Shown: piece after piece, positions 17,090-26,787 of the stretch | Position numbering within the stretch: position 1 is the first letter of the stretch | Layout of the letters: every line of letters starts with the position of its first letter | Assembly (NCBI GenBank): GCA_035489575.1 | Contig: DATHJY010000002.1 | Coordinates: 15,080-79,079, forward strand | Origin: Verrucomicrobiia bacterium | GTDB taxonomy: Bacteria > Patescibacteriota > Saccharimonadia > Saccharimonadales > JAGQNK01 | Direction: 5' to 3' | DNA: 64,000 bases | Notes under the pieces: model-generated | Seen by the model: the letters and a program-made list of their open reading frames with translations, nothing else | The model's database searches: none | Told to the model about the DNA's origin: nothing | Program-made: the position numbers and the translations under genes

Positions 17090-18801
17090 GAACACTCCCA
17101 CCATTCATCCATAAGACTACAAGTAATGCTGAGCGTAAGTTATTTAAAATCATCAAAGAATCGGAAAATCTTGATAACTGGTATTGCCTTCATTCTCTTG
17201 GGCTCAGCAAACATTTATCAAAACGCGAAGGCGAGATAGATATTTTGCTTGTAGGCCCAGCTGGCGTATTTGTTATTGAAATAAAAGGTGGCCGCGTGCG
17301 TCGTGAAAATGGGGTGTGGAAATTCACTGACCGCTATGGACGCGTGTCCGAAAAGCGTGAATCGCCATTCACACAAGCACGGTCTGCAATGTATTCACTA
17401 AGAGCAGACTTAGCTCAACAGTTTGACACCAATATCAACCAATACTTATTCGGTTATGGTGTAGCATTACCAGATATACAATTTACCACCGAGTCGCCCG
17501 AGTGGGACCTGCAAACTGTGTTTGATGTACGCGACACCAATATGCCTTTTGAGGATTACTTAAATAGGCTCATTGGAAACTGGAAGTCTAGACAACGTTC
17601 CGCGAAGCAGCTTACAAAGAAAGAAATCAGTGAGATTGTTAAATATGTGAGAGGCGATTTCGAAACCATATTCCCAATTAGTGTTGCAATATCTGACTCG
17701 GAAGCAGAGATTATCAAATTAACTGACGAACAATTCATGTGTCTTGATGCAATGGCAGAAAATAAACGTGTTCTTTTCCAAGGAGCGGCCGGAACGGGGA
17801 AGACGTTGTTGGCGGCAGAACAAGCCAAACGGAACGAAGCACAAGGCATTAGAACTCTTCTTCTCTGCTATAACAAGTTCCTAGCTGCATGTCTGGACGA
17901 GTCGCTAAACAAAACCGAGAAAATGCAACATGTTGACGTAAAAACAATTCATAGCTTTTTCCACGACACAATTACTCAGGCTGGACTTGAGCAGGGCCTC
18001 AAAACTGCTCAATCAAACGATAATAATGAGCTTTACCAGCAAGTGTATCCGGAGTTGTTTAATAAGGCCTGGAGTGATGAATACTCTTACGACGCAATAA
18101 TTATCGATGAAGCACAGGACGTCCTTTCAGATACATACATCAATTGCCTAAGTAGGGCTGTCCGAGGCGGCATTGAAGATGGTAGATGGACCGTTTTTCT
18201 TGACCCAGAGAATCAGAAAAACATGTTTTTGAATCTAGATGAAAAAACCTTTAGTAAATTAAAAGCGCTATCTGTTACCTATAAGTTGAGTATAAACTGC
18301 AGAAACACTAAACCAATTGCGATTCAAACAGAAATTATCTCGGGCATAAAAGCACCTACAGTAAATAAGCTAGAAGGTATACCTGTTCGCTATGTGTGGT
18401 TTCAAGATGATGCAGACCAGGCTAATAAAGTTAGTTACGAAATAAACAAACTGCTTGATGGCCGAGTCTCGGCAAACGATATTACCATCCTGTCGCCAAA
18501 AAGATATAGTTCGTCCTTGGCGGGCAGTGGTCGTCTAAGGACAAAACAGCCTTTGTTGCTTCTAGATACAGACAATATAAGGAGCGAACGTGGAGAAAAG
18601 ATAGCTTATACTTCTATACAGAGCTATAAGGGTCTAGAGAGTTCTGTAGTCATATTGACTGACATCAGTGAGCTAAACCGCGACTGGGATAAAGTAGTCA
18701 ATTATGTTGGCTTTACTCGTGCCAGGACGGCACTTGTGGTGGCAGTAAAGAGTACCTTGAAGCCAGAGTACAGGAATAAGTTAAAAGAACTTTACGAGTA
18801 A
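17086..18801 (+). CDS. NERD-domain nuclease fused to an SF1 (UvrD/RecD-like) helicase
   Basis: The N-terminus, KREGEIDILLVGPAGVFVIEIKGG, is a NERD pattern. FQGAAGTGKTLLA is the Walker A and AIIIDEAQDV the Walker B. YKGLESSVVILTDI...GFTRARTALVV is a UvrD_C-like end. Confidence 0.85.
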   Translation: MRTLPPFIHKTTSNAERKLFKIIKESENLDNWYCLHSLGLSKHLSKREGEIDILLVGPAGVFVIEIKGGRVRRENGVWKFTDRYGRVSEKRESPFTQARSAMYSLRADLAQQFDTNINQYLFGYGVALPDIQFTTESPEWDLQTVFDVRDTNMPFEDYLNRLIGNWKSRQRSAKQLTKKEISEIVKYVRGDFETIFPISVAISDSEAEIIKLTDEQFMCLDAMAENKRVLFQGAAGTGKTLLAAEQAKRNEAQGIRTLLLCYNKFLAACLDESLNKTEKMQHVDVKTIHSFFHDTITQAGLEQGLKTAQSNDNNELYQQVYPELFNKAWSDEYSYDAIIIDEAQDVLSDTYINCLSRAVRGGIEDGRWTVFLDPENQKNMFLNLDEKTFSKLKALSVTYKLSINCRNTKPIAIQTEIISGIKAPTVNKLEGIPVRYVWFQDDADQANKVSYEINKLLDGRVSANDITILSPKRYSSSLAGSGRLRTKQPLLLLDTDNIRSERGEKIAYTSIQSYKGLESSVVILTDISELNRDWDKVVNYVGFTRARTALVVAVKSTLKPEYRNKLKELYE

Positions 18802-18813
18802 CCGTATAAGATA

Positions 18814-21800
18814 ATGATGAACATGAAGAATAATCCCTACCAAGACTTTAGACAGGAAATGATAGATTTCCTCGAATTAGATATTATTGGACCCAAATCT
18901 GGTATCGAAGTAATCGAGGAAGCACCAACTTCACGATATTCCGCTGGGATACTTTTCCCTCAACTTGTCGATAACGATGAAGAAGTTAACGAGAGAAAAG
19001 AAAAACTTGATATGCGTTCTAGGGACGAAGAAGAAGGCACTATTGAATATGCCACTTCATTTTTCCCATCCGCGATGGGAATTAGTTTTTCAATCGACGA
19101 TACAGTCAGGCAGTTAATTATTCAGGTTGATACAGCCAGGTATGATTCTCTAGAAAGTTCAGACCTTGGACTGGTTTCTTGTCGAGCGACAAGTATTAGT
19201 GATGCTTATATGCAGAATGCTGCGTTTACTGAAAAATTTGATTATAAAGATGGGCAACTATCTTTGAAGTCCAGTTTCTCAAAAACTGAGAGAGATTACT
19301 TTATATCAGTTCATCCTGACAACAAACAGTTTGCAAAAATTCTTTATAAAATGTTTCGGCTACAGAACGGCTGGAAACGAATCCCTATCAGCGAAAAAGT
19401 TGAGCTAAACTTAACGGGTTCAAGAACAGAATACAAAATCGAAGGGGAGCAGCTACAGATTGTAGTCATATCGAAGCCTTCACGTAACGGCAAGAAACTG
19501 TGCACCGTTAGTCTTATTAATACATCCAAAACGTCTCAGTCACAGAACGACCATAAATTAGCTTACTTTCAGACTTCAATTAAGCTCACTAGCAAGTCTG
19601 GCGTTGAAGTTTTCGAGGACCTTAGTACGACTGAATATATAAGCAGTGACCCAGAAGAGGCATCCTTGAAGTTGCTTTTTAGGAATAAGAGATACTTTGC
19701 TACTGGCCATGGCTGCTCTGCGGATTGGGAGAGCGGTGGTAAGCTTGCGAGTGCGGTATATTCAGTGACAATTCCTCGACATATCATCCCTCAAATGAGT
19801 TTTGACATTAAATCGCGAGACGGGTCCAACGTCCCAAATTTAAAAATGGCTACACTAGCCTATTCAAAACAGGATGAGATTATAAAAGAATTAAAATTAC
19901 TTGTAGCTACTTATGAAAATTGGATAGATGACCTGTCTGCACAATCTAAAACTTTAGATAAAAGCCTTAATAGCGTGTCACTTGAGCACATAGAGTCATG
20001 TCGAGAATCAGCGAGCAGGATGAACTCTGGAATTAATTTTCTAGGAAAAAATCCAAAAGCTATGCGTGCATTTAATCTTGCCAACGAGGCGATGTTAATG
20101 CAAAGAGTGCACACAAATCTCCAATCAAAAAAGAAGTTTCCTGATGAAGGGCACGCAATGCCTGATTCGTATGATGATTCTGATGCTAAGAAGCCAGCAA
20201 CGTGGCGGCCTTTTCAGATAGCCTTCTTATTAATGGAGGTTGAGTCTCTCGTAAATAACGAAAGCAATTTCAAAGATATAGTGGACTTAATTTGGTTTCC
20301 TACTGGTGGTGGTAAAACTGAAGCGTATCTTGGCTTAACTGCGTTTACTATTTTCTATAGAAGACTTACACACTCGGATGATGAATCGGGGGGTACGACA
20401 GTAATAATGAGATATACTCTGAGACTTTTGACCTCGCAACAGTTTCAGAGAGCCTGCACACTTATTTGTGCCTGCGAAAAACTTCGCTCTAACAGCTCAG
20501 ACTTAGGAGATACGGCGATAACAATTGGTCTATGGCTGGGACAATCTACGCCATATTCAATCAAAGATGCTGAATTTCGATTAGCTGACCTGATGAGGCA
20601 GGTTGATGGCAGCTACAATAATCCATTCCAAGTTCTAAGCTGTCCTTGGTGCGGGACTCACATGGTTAAAAAACAATCAAAAGGCGTAAATGCTTACAGG
20701 GCTATAACACGTCCACGTCATCGTTTTGTAATGTATTGCCCTAACCGTGGATGTGATTTTTTTGACGAACTCCCGATTAGTATCGTTGATGAAGACGTAT
20801 ACCACCAAGCACCGACTCTCTTGTTTGGAACAGTAGATAAGTTTGCTATGTTGCCATGGAAACCCGAAGCATCAAAAATCTTTGCACTCGACGAAGGCAA
20901 TAAGAACCTTTCGCCCGAATTAATAATTCAAGATGAGCTGCATTTAATCTCGGGCTCACTGGGTACGGTAGTTGGCTTATACGAATCAGCGATTGACCTA
21001 ATGTGCTCTGCCAAAGGTAGTAAGCCAAAAATAATTGCATCAACGGCCACTATTCGCCGTGCGAAACAACAATGTAACGCACTTTATGCTCGAGACTTCA
21101 GACAATTTCCTTCGCCCGGTCTCGATGCTAGTGATTCATTTTTTGCACGCGAGGCAGATGTTACTAGCGATAGCCCAGGGAGACTATACATAGGAGTTAT
21201 GCCGTCAGGAACTACATCTACCTGGATGCAAATCAAATTAATGGCAGGAATGTCACAAGGTGCTGAGTTTATAGTGGCTGATGACGAAGTTAAAGATAAG
21301 TTTTGGACACAAGTTGTCTATTGTAATAGTATCCGCGAATTAGGTACGTCTATGAGCTTAGCTTATGATGACGTAAAAGCTTACTCCGATTCAGTGGCCA
21401 AAAGACTTGGTAAAAAAGCACGCGTATATTCAGATAAGGATGTTCAAGAGCTTACGAGTCGAATATCCCCAGAATCAATCCCAAAAATATTGCAACGACT
21501 TAGTGTTGAGTACCCAAGCCAAGAAGTTATTGACACCCTTTTAGCGACAAACATGATTTCTGTTGGCGTTGATATTGACCGTCTAGGATTAATGTTAGTA
21601 CTTGGACAACCAAAAACAACCTCAGAATATATCCAGGCAACTAGTCGTGTTGGTCGCGCGTATCCAGGCTTGGTTATAACCTTATATGGACCAACGAAGA
21701 GCCGTGACCGGTCGCACTATGAACAATTTGCAAAGTACCACCAGTCCCTTTATAGGTACGTAGAGCCAACTAGCGTTACACCGTTCTCCGCCCCAGTGAG

Positions 21801-22188
21801 AGAGAAAGCACTTCACGCTGTTATTATCACTCTTGTGCGTCATTACATGGGCATACAGTCAGGAAAAGAGCTTAGTAGTTTCAAGCCGAGTGATAAAAAA
21901 TTCCAAGAAATAGTCGCCTCAATACTAAGTCGAGTTAAGCAGGTTGATGATACAGAAGTCGACAAAACTAAGGAAGAAATTGATAAAATAGCCGAAACAA
22001 TATCAGAATTAGGACTGCTAGGAGATGGGGCGGTGTTCGGTTCTTCAAACCCCTTGGGTAATCATGGCAAAGCTGCGTTAATGCGTACCCCAGCTGATAA
22101 AAAAGGTGTGGGAAGGTACTCAACGTTACAATCAATGAGGAGCACAGACGTTGAGGCTTCAATTAGATTGGACCACGGACATGAGTAG
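18814..22188 (+). CDS. drmA: DrmA-like SF2 DExH helicase (DISARM-type)
   Basis: WFPTGGGKTEAYLGL, IIQDELHLISG, LLATNMISVGVDIDRL and QATSRVGRAYPG, with a long N-terminal region that has no obvious motif. It sits directly upstream of a DUF1998 gene. Confidence 0.7.
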   Translation: MMNMKNNPYQDFRQEMIDFLELDIIGPKSGIEVIEEAPTSRYSAGILFPQLVDNDEEVNERKEKLDMRSRDEEEGTIEYATSFFPSAMGISFSIDDTVRQLIIQVDTARYDSLESSDLGLVSCRATSISDAYMQNAAFTEKFDYKDGQLSLKSSFSKTERDYFISVHPDNKQFAKILYKMFRLQNGWKRIPISEKVELNLTGSRTEYKIEGEQLQIVVISKPSRNGKKLCTVSLINTSKTSQSQNDHKLAYFQTSIKLTSKSGVEVFEDLSTTEYISSDPEEASLKLLFRNKRYFATGHGCSADWESGGKLASAVYSVTIPRHIIPQMSFDIKSRDGSNVPNLKMATLAYSKQDEIIKELKLLVATYENWIDDLSAQSKTLDKSLNSVSLEHIESCRESASRMNSGINFLGKNPKAMRAFNLANEAMLMQRVHTNLQSKKKFPDEGHAMPDSYDDSDAKKPATWRPFQIAFLLMEVESLVNNESNFKDIVDLIWFPTGGGKTEAYLGLTAFTIFYRRLTHSDDESGGTTVIMRYTLRLLTSQQFQRACTLICACEKLRSNSSDLGDTAITIGLWLGQSTPYSIKDAEFRLADLMRQVDGSYNNPFQVLSCPWCGTHMVKKQSKGVNAYRAITRPRHRFVMYCPNRGCDFFDELPISIVDEDVYHQAPTLLFGTVDKFAMLPWKPEASKIFALDEGNKNLSPELIIQDELHLISGSLGTVVGLYESAIDLMCSAKGSKPKIIASTATIRRAKQQCNALYARDFRQFPSPGLDASDSFFAREADVTSDSPGRLYIGVMPSGTTSTWMQIKLMAGMSQGAEFIVADDEVKDKFWTQVVYCNSIRELGTSMSLAYDDVKAYSDSVAKRLGKKARVYSDKDVQELTSRISPESIPKILQRLSVEYPSQEVIDTLLATNMISVGVDIDRLGLMLVLGQPKTTSEYIQATSRVGRAYPGLVITLYGPTKSRDRSHYEQFAKYHQSLYRYVEPTSVTPFSAPVREKALHAVIITLVRHYMGIQSGKELSSFKPSDKKFQEIVASILSRVKQVDDTEVDKTKEEIDKIAETISELGLLGDGAVFGSSNPLGNHGKAALMRTPADKKGVGRYSTLQSMRSTDVEASIRLDHGHE

Positions 22189-24004
22189 ATTTAGCAATGA
22201 TAAAAATTCAAGTCAGCCTACGCTGAGACGCAGTCAAACAGTAACAACTTTCGGTATTGGTGCCATAGCTGACTTGCCAAACGCATCATTAATGGTGTGC
22301 GGAATTGATAAGTGGGACCCACAGCGAGGTATTAAATTATATGACCCACGCCTAGAAAAAAAATTAGGGGCTAACTACTTCTTAATGGCCCCGGAAGCAC
22401 CAATTGATGGGATTGTCGCGGTCCGTTTTCCTAGATGGATGCGATGTCGAAATAAGTTACATAATGCCTTGATGCCGTTAGAGGATTGGCGAGAATCAGC
22501 AGTAGCAACATCACGCTTTAGTTCTTTCGATGAAAGACCTTATTGCCACGTTTGTTCGCTTGACTTGATACCTTCCAGGTTTGTCGTTGCTTGCCGGAAG
22601 GGACATATTGATGACTTCCCATTCATTGAATGGGCACATACAGGCAGAGATATTTGTAGTAAGCCAAAACTTGAATACAGAGAACTGGGAAACTCATCCA
22701 GCCTTTCAGGGATTATTATTCATTGTGGAACGTGTGGCTCGAGTAGAAGTATGGGTGGTTCGTTTGGTAGAGACAATATAGAGAAAATAGCTCACTGCAA
22801 AGGCTCTATGCCCTGGGAGATGATATGGAGTAGCCAATGTGGAGAAAATCTAACCACTCTGCAACGTGGTGGTACGAATGTACACTTCCCAGTAATTAAG
22901 AGTTCAATACTGATACCGCCTCATTCAACAGAGGGGCTGAAGTCAAGAATCATAGATACCCCTCTTTGGGCGGCATTTGAATCCCAGCAGAACGCAGAGG
23001 ACTTAGAATTTTATCTTGAAAGAATATCAGCTCAACTTACTGAGCCTATTGAAAAGGTTCGAGCTATTGTGAACGAAATGATGGGAGATGACGAAGACAA
23101 GGGAGATGGTAAAAATGAGGAAGAGTACAGGTATGAGGAGTACCTGGCTTTCATGGGCGAGTATGACGATAGCCTTAACAATAAGAAAGATTTCCTTATT
23201 GAGAAGCAAGATGCCGCAAAGTATAAACTTTCCTTCGTTGACTCAGTCGTACTAGTAAAAAAACTTCGCGAAATCCGAGTACAAACAGGATTTTCTCGCA
23301 TAAGACCTCCCCAAGCTTCTGATGATGCATCGGTAAAGGATGATGAAAAGATAGAAACTATGTCGGTCACGCAAAATAAACGTTTTCGATGGAAGCCAGG
23401 CTATGAAGTAAGAGGCGAAGGAATATTTATAGAATTTAAGCCAAGTCAACTTAGGCAATGGGCAAAAAATCCCAGAACAGCTGCTCATTACAAGAACTTA
23501 CTTGTAAGGAACCAGAAAAACCCCGATTCATTTGGTGTTGTAGATGAATTAACGCCAGAGTTTATATTTTTGCACACACTAGCACATCTACTTGTTAGAC
23601 AACTCAGTTTCGAATGTGGGTATTCGAGTTCTGCGTTAAGAGAACGGCTATACTGTACTTCAAGTTCAAAGGGTAAACCTATGTACGGGATTCTCATATA
23701 CACCGCCGAAGGCGATTCGGACGGAACTCTCGGTGGGTTAGTAAGGCAGGGAGAGGCAGACTTATTCCCAGATACTGTCATGAAAGCAGTTACAGAGGCA
23801 CAATGGTGCTCTAGCGACCCGTTATGCATTGAGTCTGATGGACAGGGTTACCAAGCTTTGAATTTAGCAGCATGCCATTCCTGCTGCATGTTACCTGAAA
23901 CCTCATGTGAGTTGATGAATAGATACCTTGATAGAGCAGCAATTGTAGGTACACTAAGCGACCCAGAGATAGGTATATTCTCTGAGGAGCTTAACCAGCT
24001 ATAG
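22181..24004 (+). CDS. drmB: DrmB-like DUF1998 protein
   Basis: The ATG at 22181 overlaps the upstream stop by 8 nt. Cys clusters are present (CHVC...C, CGTCGS). The C-terminal LAACHSCCMLPETSCELMNRYLDR matches the DUF1998 signature. Confidence 0.75.
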   Translation: MSRFSNDKNSSQPTLRRSQTVTTFGIGAIADLPNASLMVCGIDKWDPQRGIKLYDPRLEKKLGANYFLMAPEAPIDGIVAVRFPRWMRCRNKLHNALMPLEDWRESAVATSRFSSFDERPYCHVCSLDLIPSRFVVACRKGHIDDFPFIEWAHTGRDICSKPKLEYRELGNSSSLSGIIIHCGTCGSSRSMGGSFGRDNIEKIAHCKGSMPWEMIWSSQCGENLTTLQRGGTNVHFPVIKSSILIPPHSTEGLKSRIIDTPLWAAFESQQNAEDLEFYLERISAQLTEPIEKVRAIVNEMMGDDEDKGDGKNEEEYRYEEYLAFMGEYDDSLNNKKDFLIEKQDAAKYKLSFVDSVVLVKKLREIRVQTGFSRIRPPQASDDASVKDDEKIETMSVTQNKRFRWKPGYEVRGEGIFIEFKPSQLRQWAKNPRTAAHYKNLLVRNQKNPDSFGVVDELTPEFIFLHTLAHLLVRQLSFECGYSSSALRERLYCTSSSKGKPMYGILIYTAEGDSDGTLGGLVRQGEADLFPDTVMKAVTEAQWCSSDPLCIESDGQGYQALNLAACHSCCMLPETSCELMNRYLDRAAIVGTLSDPEIGIFSEELNQL

Positions 24005-25043
24005 GCACGGCTTGGGTAACAAGGCTTGTTAGACCTGACTCTTCTTTAGCAGGAGCTTTAGCAATTTCTTCTTGAGAAAGCTGTTCGTAAACCTGATTCG
24101 CTAGAGATTCAATGACTGGCACACACACAGAGTTGCCAAACTGTCTGTAAGCAGGTGTTTTTGCTAAGGGAAGTTCAAATGAGTCTGGGAACCCCATTAG
24201 TCTTGCACACTCGCGCGGAGTTAGCATTCTTGGGTTTTTGCCTTTTTGCACAACCAGATTCTCGCGGCCATCCTTACCGTACCTGGACGTAAGCGTGTTA
24301 GCGATACCGTTTGGGTCAACCATGTAGTGTCTAAAGCCATGTCCCTTTTCCTGATTTCGTATAGTTCGGGCTTTATGGGACTCCCAAAGCCTGTCTGAAA
24401 TCGTGAATCGTGAGTCAGGGTTTTTTTCAAATATTTCTTTTACTGAACTTACCTTAGGCTCAATATCCTTAAACTGGAATTTATTTTCAAGATTAGCTAC
24501 CATATAAATTCTTTTTCTTCTCTGTGGTAGCAGAGTAGAAGCATCGATTACTTTGTATTCGAAAAGATAACCCATATCTTCAAGAGATTTTTTAATCGTT
24601 GCGAGCGTCTGACCCTTTTCGTGCTTTTCCAAATTAGCAACATTCTCCAAGAACACCACTGATGGCTTATGGTATTCAACAATTCTTATAATTTCAAAGA
24701 ATAAGTTGCCCTGCTTTTCATCCTTAAAGCCATGAGCACGCTTTAGGCCATATCGAGCCGATATTCCAGCTAAAGAAAAGGGCTGGCAGGGGAAGCCAGC
24801 GCAAAGAACATCAAATTTGGGTATTTCTTGCTCATTCACATCGCGAATATCACGTGTGTCTATTTTGCCTTCAAAATTTGCTGCATAGGTAGCTGCTGCG
24901 CTCTTGTCATACTCGTTTGTGTATACGCACTCAAAACCAGCTCGTTCAAAACCAAGCCGAATACCGCCTATACCCGCAAATAAATCTATAAATTTAATAC
25001 TTTTTTTGTGTTTTGACATTGGAATACTAATATATTTTACCAT
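23991..25043 (-). CDS. DNA (cytosine-5) methyltransferase (DrmMII-position)
   Basis: FIDLFAGIGG (motif I), GFPCQPFSLAG (motif IV), VVFLENV (motif VI) and QFGNSV near the C-terminus. Alternative starts lie at 25049 (GTG) and 25019. Confidence 0.9.
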   Translation of the reverse strand: MVKYISIPMSKHKKSIKFIDLFAGIGGIRLGFERAGFECVYTNEYDKSAAATYAANFEGKIDTRDIRDVNEQEIPKFDVLCAGFPCQPFSLAGISARYGLKRAHGFKDEKQGNLFFEIIRIVEYHKPSVVFLENVANLEKHEKGQTLATIKKSLEDMGYLFEYKVIDASTLLPQRRKRIYMVANLENKFQFKDIEPKVSSVKEIFEKNPDSRFTISDRLWESHKARTIRNQEKGHGFRHYMVDPNGIANTLTSRYGKDGRENLVVQKGKNPRMLTPRECARLMGFPDSFELPLAKTPAYRQFGNSVCVPVIESLANQVYEQLSQEEIAKAPAKEESGLTSLVTQAVPIAG

Positions 25044-25140
25044 GCACACCCCCGAAGCCAGGTTGGTTTACTAAAGCCTCTGTACGTATTATATGACCGT
25101 AAGGGCAATATGCGTAATTAATAGATACGGAAGGAAAGAT

Positions 25141-25374
25141 ATGAGTGATAATAACTTGATAATCAGCATTGAAGAAGCAAGGGAAATACTTGGTTCTGAT
25201 GCGCAAGGCATGAGTGATGAAGAAATTACTCAGGTTATAAGTACTCTTGATATATTGGCTAAGGATGCGCTGGAGTTGGCTAAACTGCAACTGCGGAGAA
25301 AGAAAGATGCCAAGGACCTGGCCAATCTTATCTACGACATTTACCAGGATAAGAAGAAAGCCGGAAAAGACTAA
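25141..25374 (+). CDS. Hypothetical small helical protein (77 aa)
   Basis: The ATG follows GGAAGGAAAG. The protein is charged and helical with no recognisable motif. Confidence 0.35.
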   Translation: MSDNNLIISIEEAREILGSDAQGMSDEEITQVISTLDILAKDALELAKLQLRRKKDAKDLANLIYDIYQDKKKAGKD

Positions 25375-25376
25375 CA

Positions 25377-25550
25377 TCATTTTTTTTCGCCTTTCTGCCT
25401 TTGAGACCTGTCCATTTCTATAAGGATTTCAAAGTATCCCACAAGGTTACTGACAGCTTCCCTGTAATCATCATCTGTATCGTAGACAATGCCGTCTTTG
25501 GCAAAGACTTCCTTCCATCGTTGTAGTTGTTCGTCTGTTAATTCAGTCAT
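25377..25550 (-). CDS. Unlisted 57-aa acidic ORF 4 nt downstream of the DUF4238 gene
   Basis: Manual translation: MTELTDEQLQRWKEVFAKDGIVYDTDDDYREAVSNLVGYFEILIEMDRSQRQKGEKK. Same strand as DUF4238, so co-transcription is likely. Confidence 0.35.
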   Translation of the reverse strand: MTELTDEQLQRWKEVFAKDGIVYDTDDDYREAVSNLVGYFEILIEMDRSQRQKGEKK

Positions 25551-25554
25551 TTAA

Positions 25555-26787
25555 TTAATGATATTGTTTCTTTCCTTGGAGCGAAAGATGATACTCGTGC
25601 ATTGTATCGGTGTCCTGTTCGCTACCAAGTTCGCCAATCTCTAAAGTTACTCCTCGCCTCGTTGGGCCAAACCTTCTAGCAAATTCGCCCTTAAAACGGT
25701 AAAGAGGGCTCTTGCTCAAGTCAGTTGGTAAATCGTCCTTACTGAATAAGGGGTCGTTAGGCCTTCTACCATAGGAATCGACTGCCCACTTTGTACCAGC
25801 ACCAGAACTACCAAATATCTCGCCACCATAATTCATCGACCTGGGGTCGGGCATACACAGAATTCCATTACCAAAGATATTCCAATCTGACTTTGAGATA
25901 TCTCTCTCAGGATAAAGCCACTCTTCTTTGCCAGATGCAATGAACATATACGCACGACTCTTGATAATAAAGTTAAGCTGTTTTACTTCAAGTTCAGATA
26001 GTTTTCTGTTGAGGTGGAGTCGATGAAAATCAAAAACGGTATTTCTATAGAAACCGGGATTTGGTCTAAGGTTTTTGGAAGACTGATAAGGGTTCCTTAC
26101 CCAGGATAGATTTGTAAGAATGAGTGCTTTGTTCAGATTAAGCGGGAATACGGTGTGAGAGCCTACCATACGAATATCAGGGTCGCGAAAACCCTTGCAC
26201 CACGTTGGCTGTCTTGGACCCAACTGACGGTTGTAAATCGTAATTGGGTGGTCAGAGACAATAAACTTTGTATCAGAGTCAGCAGCATCTACTAATTGCC
26301 AAACACACTCAGTCCAAATGGCATCGAATACATTTTTAAGTTCAACCATTCTCCTAAGAATTTCGTTGGTATCATTTGAGTTAATTTGCTCAGATAACCA
26401 AACCAAACCTTTTTTTGTTCGCATCCTCTGTGTCGTCATGTATTGCAATAGGTCCCCAATGGGCTCGCCGCGCCAGTCGGGGTATTGATAGTTTATGAAG
26501 TGGTCCACTGCATCTTTACCTTTGGTATCTATTGCTCCAAAGAATAGTCTTTCAATATCACGCGACTCTAATCCGCTAAATCTAGTAGTATAGAGGTCGT
26601 CTTCCGCGAAACACCTGCTAGGATGCCACTTCTTCAACGGCTTTGCATAATGCAGCCTCCCTTTTGAATCACGAAATCCCTCTGGTCTTAACCGTAGGTA
26701 AAAATAACTGCCGTCAGTAGAGTCGGGTGAAATAAAGTTTTTTTGATACCACTCGGGTACGTAATGGTTGTATTTAAAGCCAGGCAT
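25555..26787 (-). CDS. DUF4238 domain protein
   Basis: The N-terminal NHYVPEWYQKNF matches the hallmark HYVPxFYLxxF start of DUF4238. The mid-region FIVSDHPITIY also fits. Confidence 0.7.
   Translation of the reverse strand: MPGFKYNHYVPEWYQKNFISPDSTDGSYFYLRLRPEGFRDSKGRLHYAKPLKKWHPSRCFAEDDLYTTRFSGLESRDIERLFFGAIDTKGKDAVDHFINYQYPDWRGEPIGDLLQYMTTQRMRTKKGLVWLSEQINSNDTNEILRRMVELKNVFDAIWTECVWQLVDAADSDTKFIVSDHPITIYNRQLGPRQPTWCKGFRDPDIRMVGSHTVFPLNLNKALILTNLSWVRNPYQSSKNLRPNPGFYRNTVFDFHRLHLNRKLSELEVKQLNFIIKSRAYMFIASGKEEWLYPERDISKSDWNIFGNGILCMPDPRSMNYGGEIFGSSGAGTKWAVDSYGRRPNDPLFSKDDLPTDLSKSPLYRFKGEFARRFGPTRRGVTLEIGELGSEQDTDTMHEYHLSLQGKKQYH

Noticed and set aside
14501-24004. Search for a PLD (HxKxxxxD) nuclease equivalent to DrmC within the operon
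   Set aside because: I could not find the motif in any of the four proteins by reading the translations. The nearest HGK (in HGKNYFSV) lacks the Asp at the required spacing. This was by eye only and should be repeated with HMMs.
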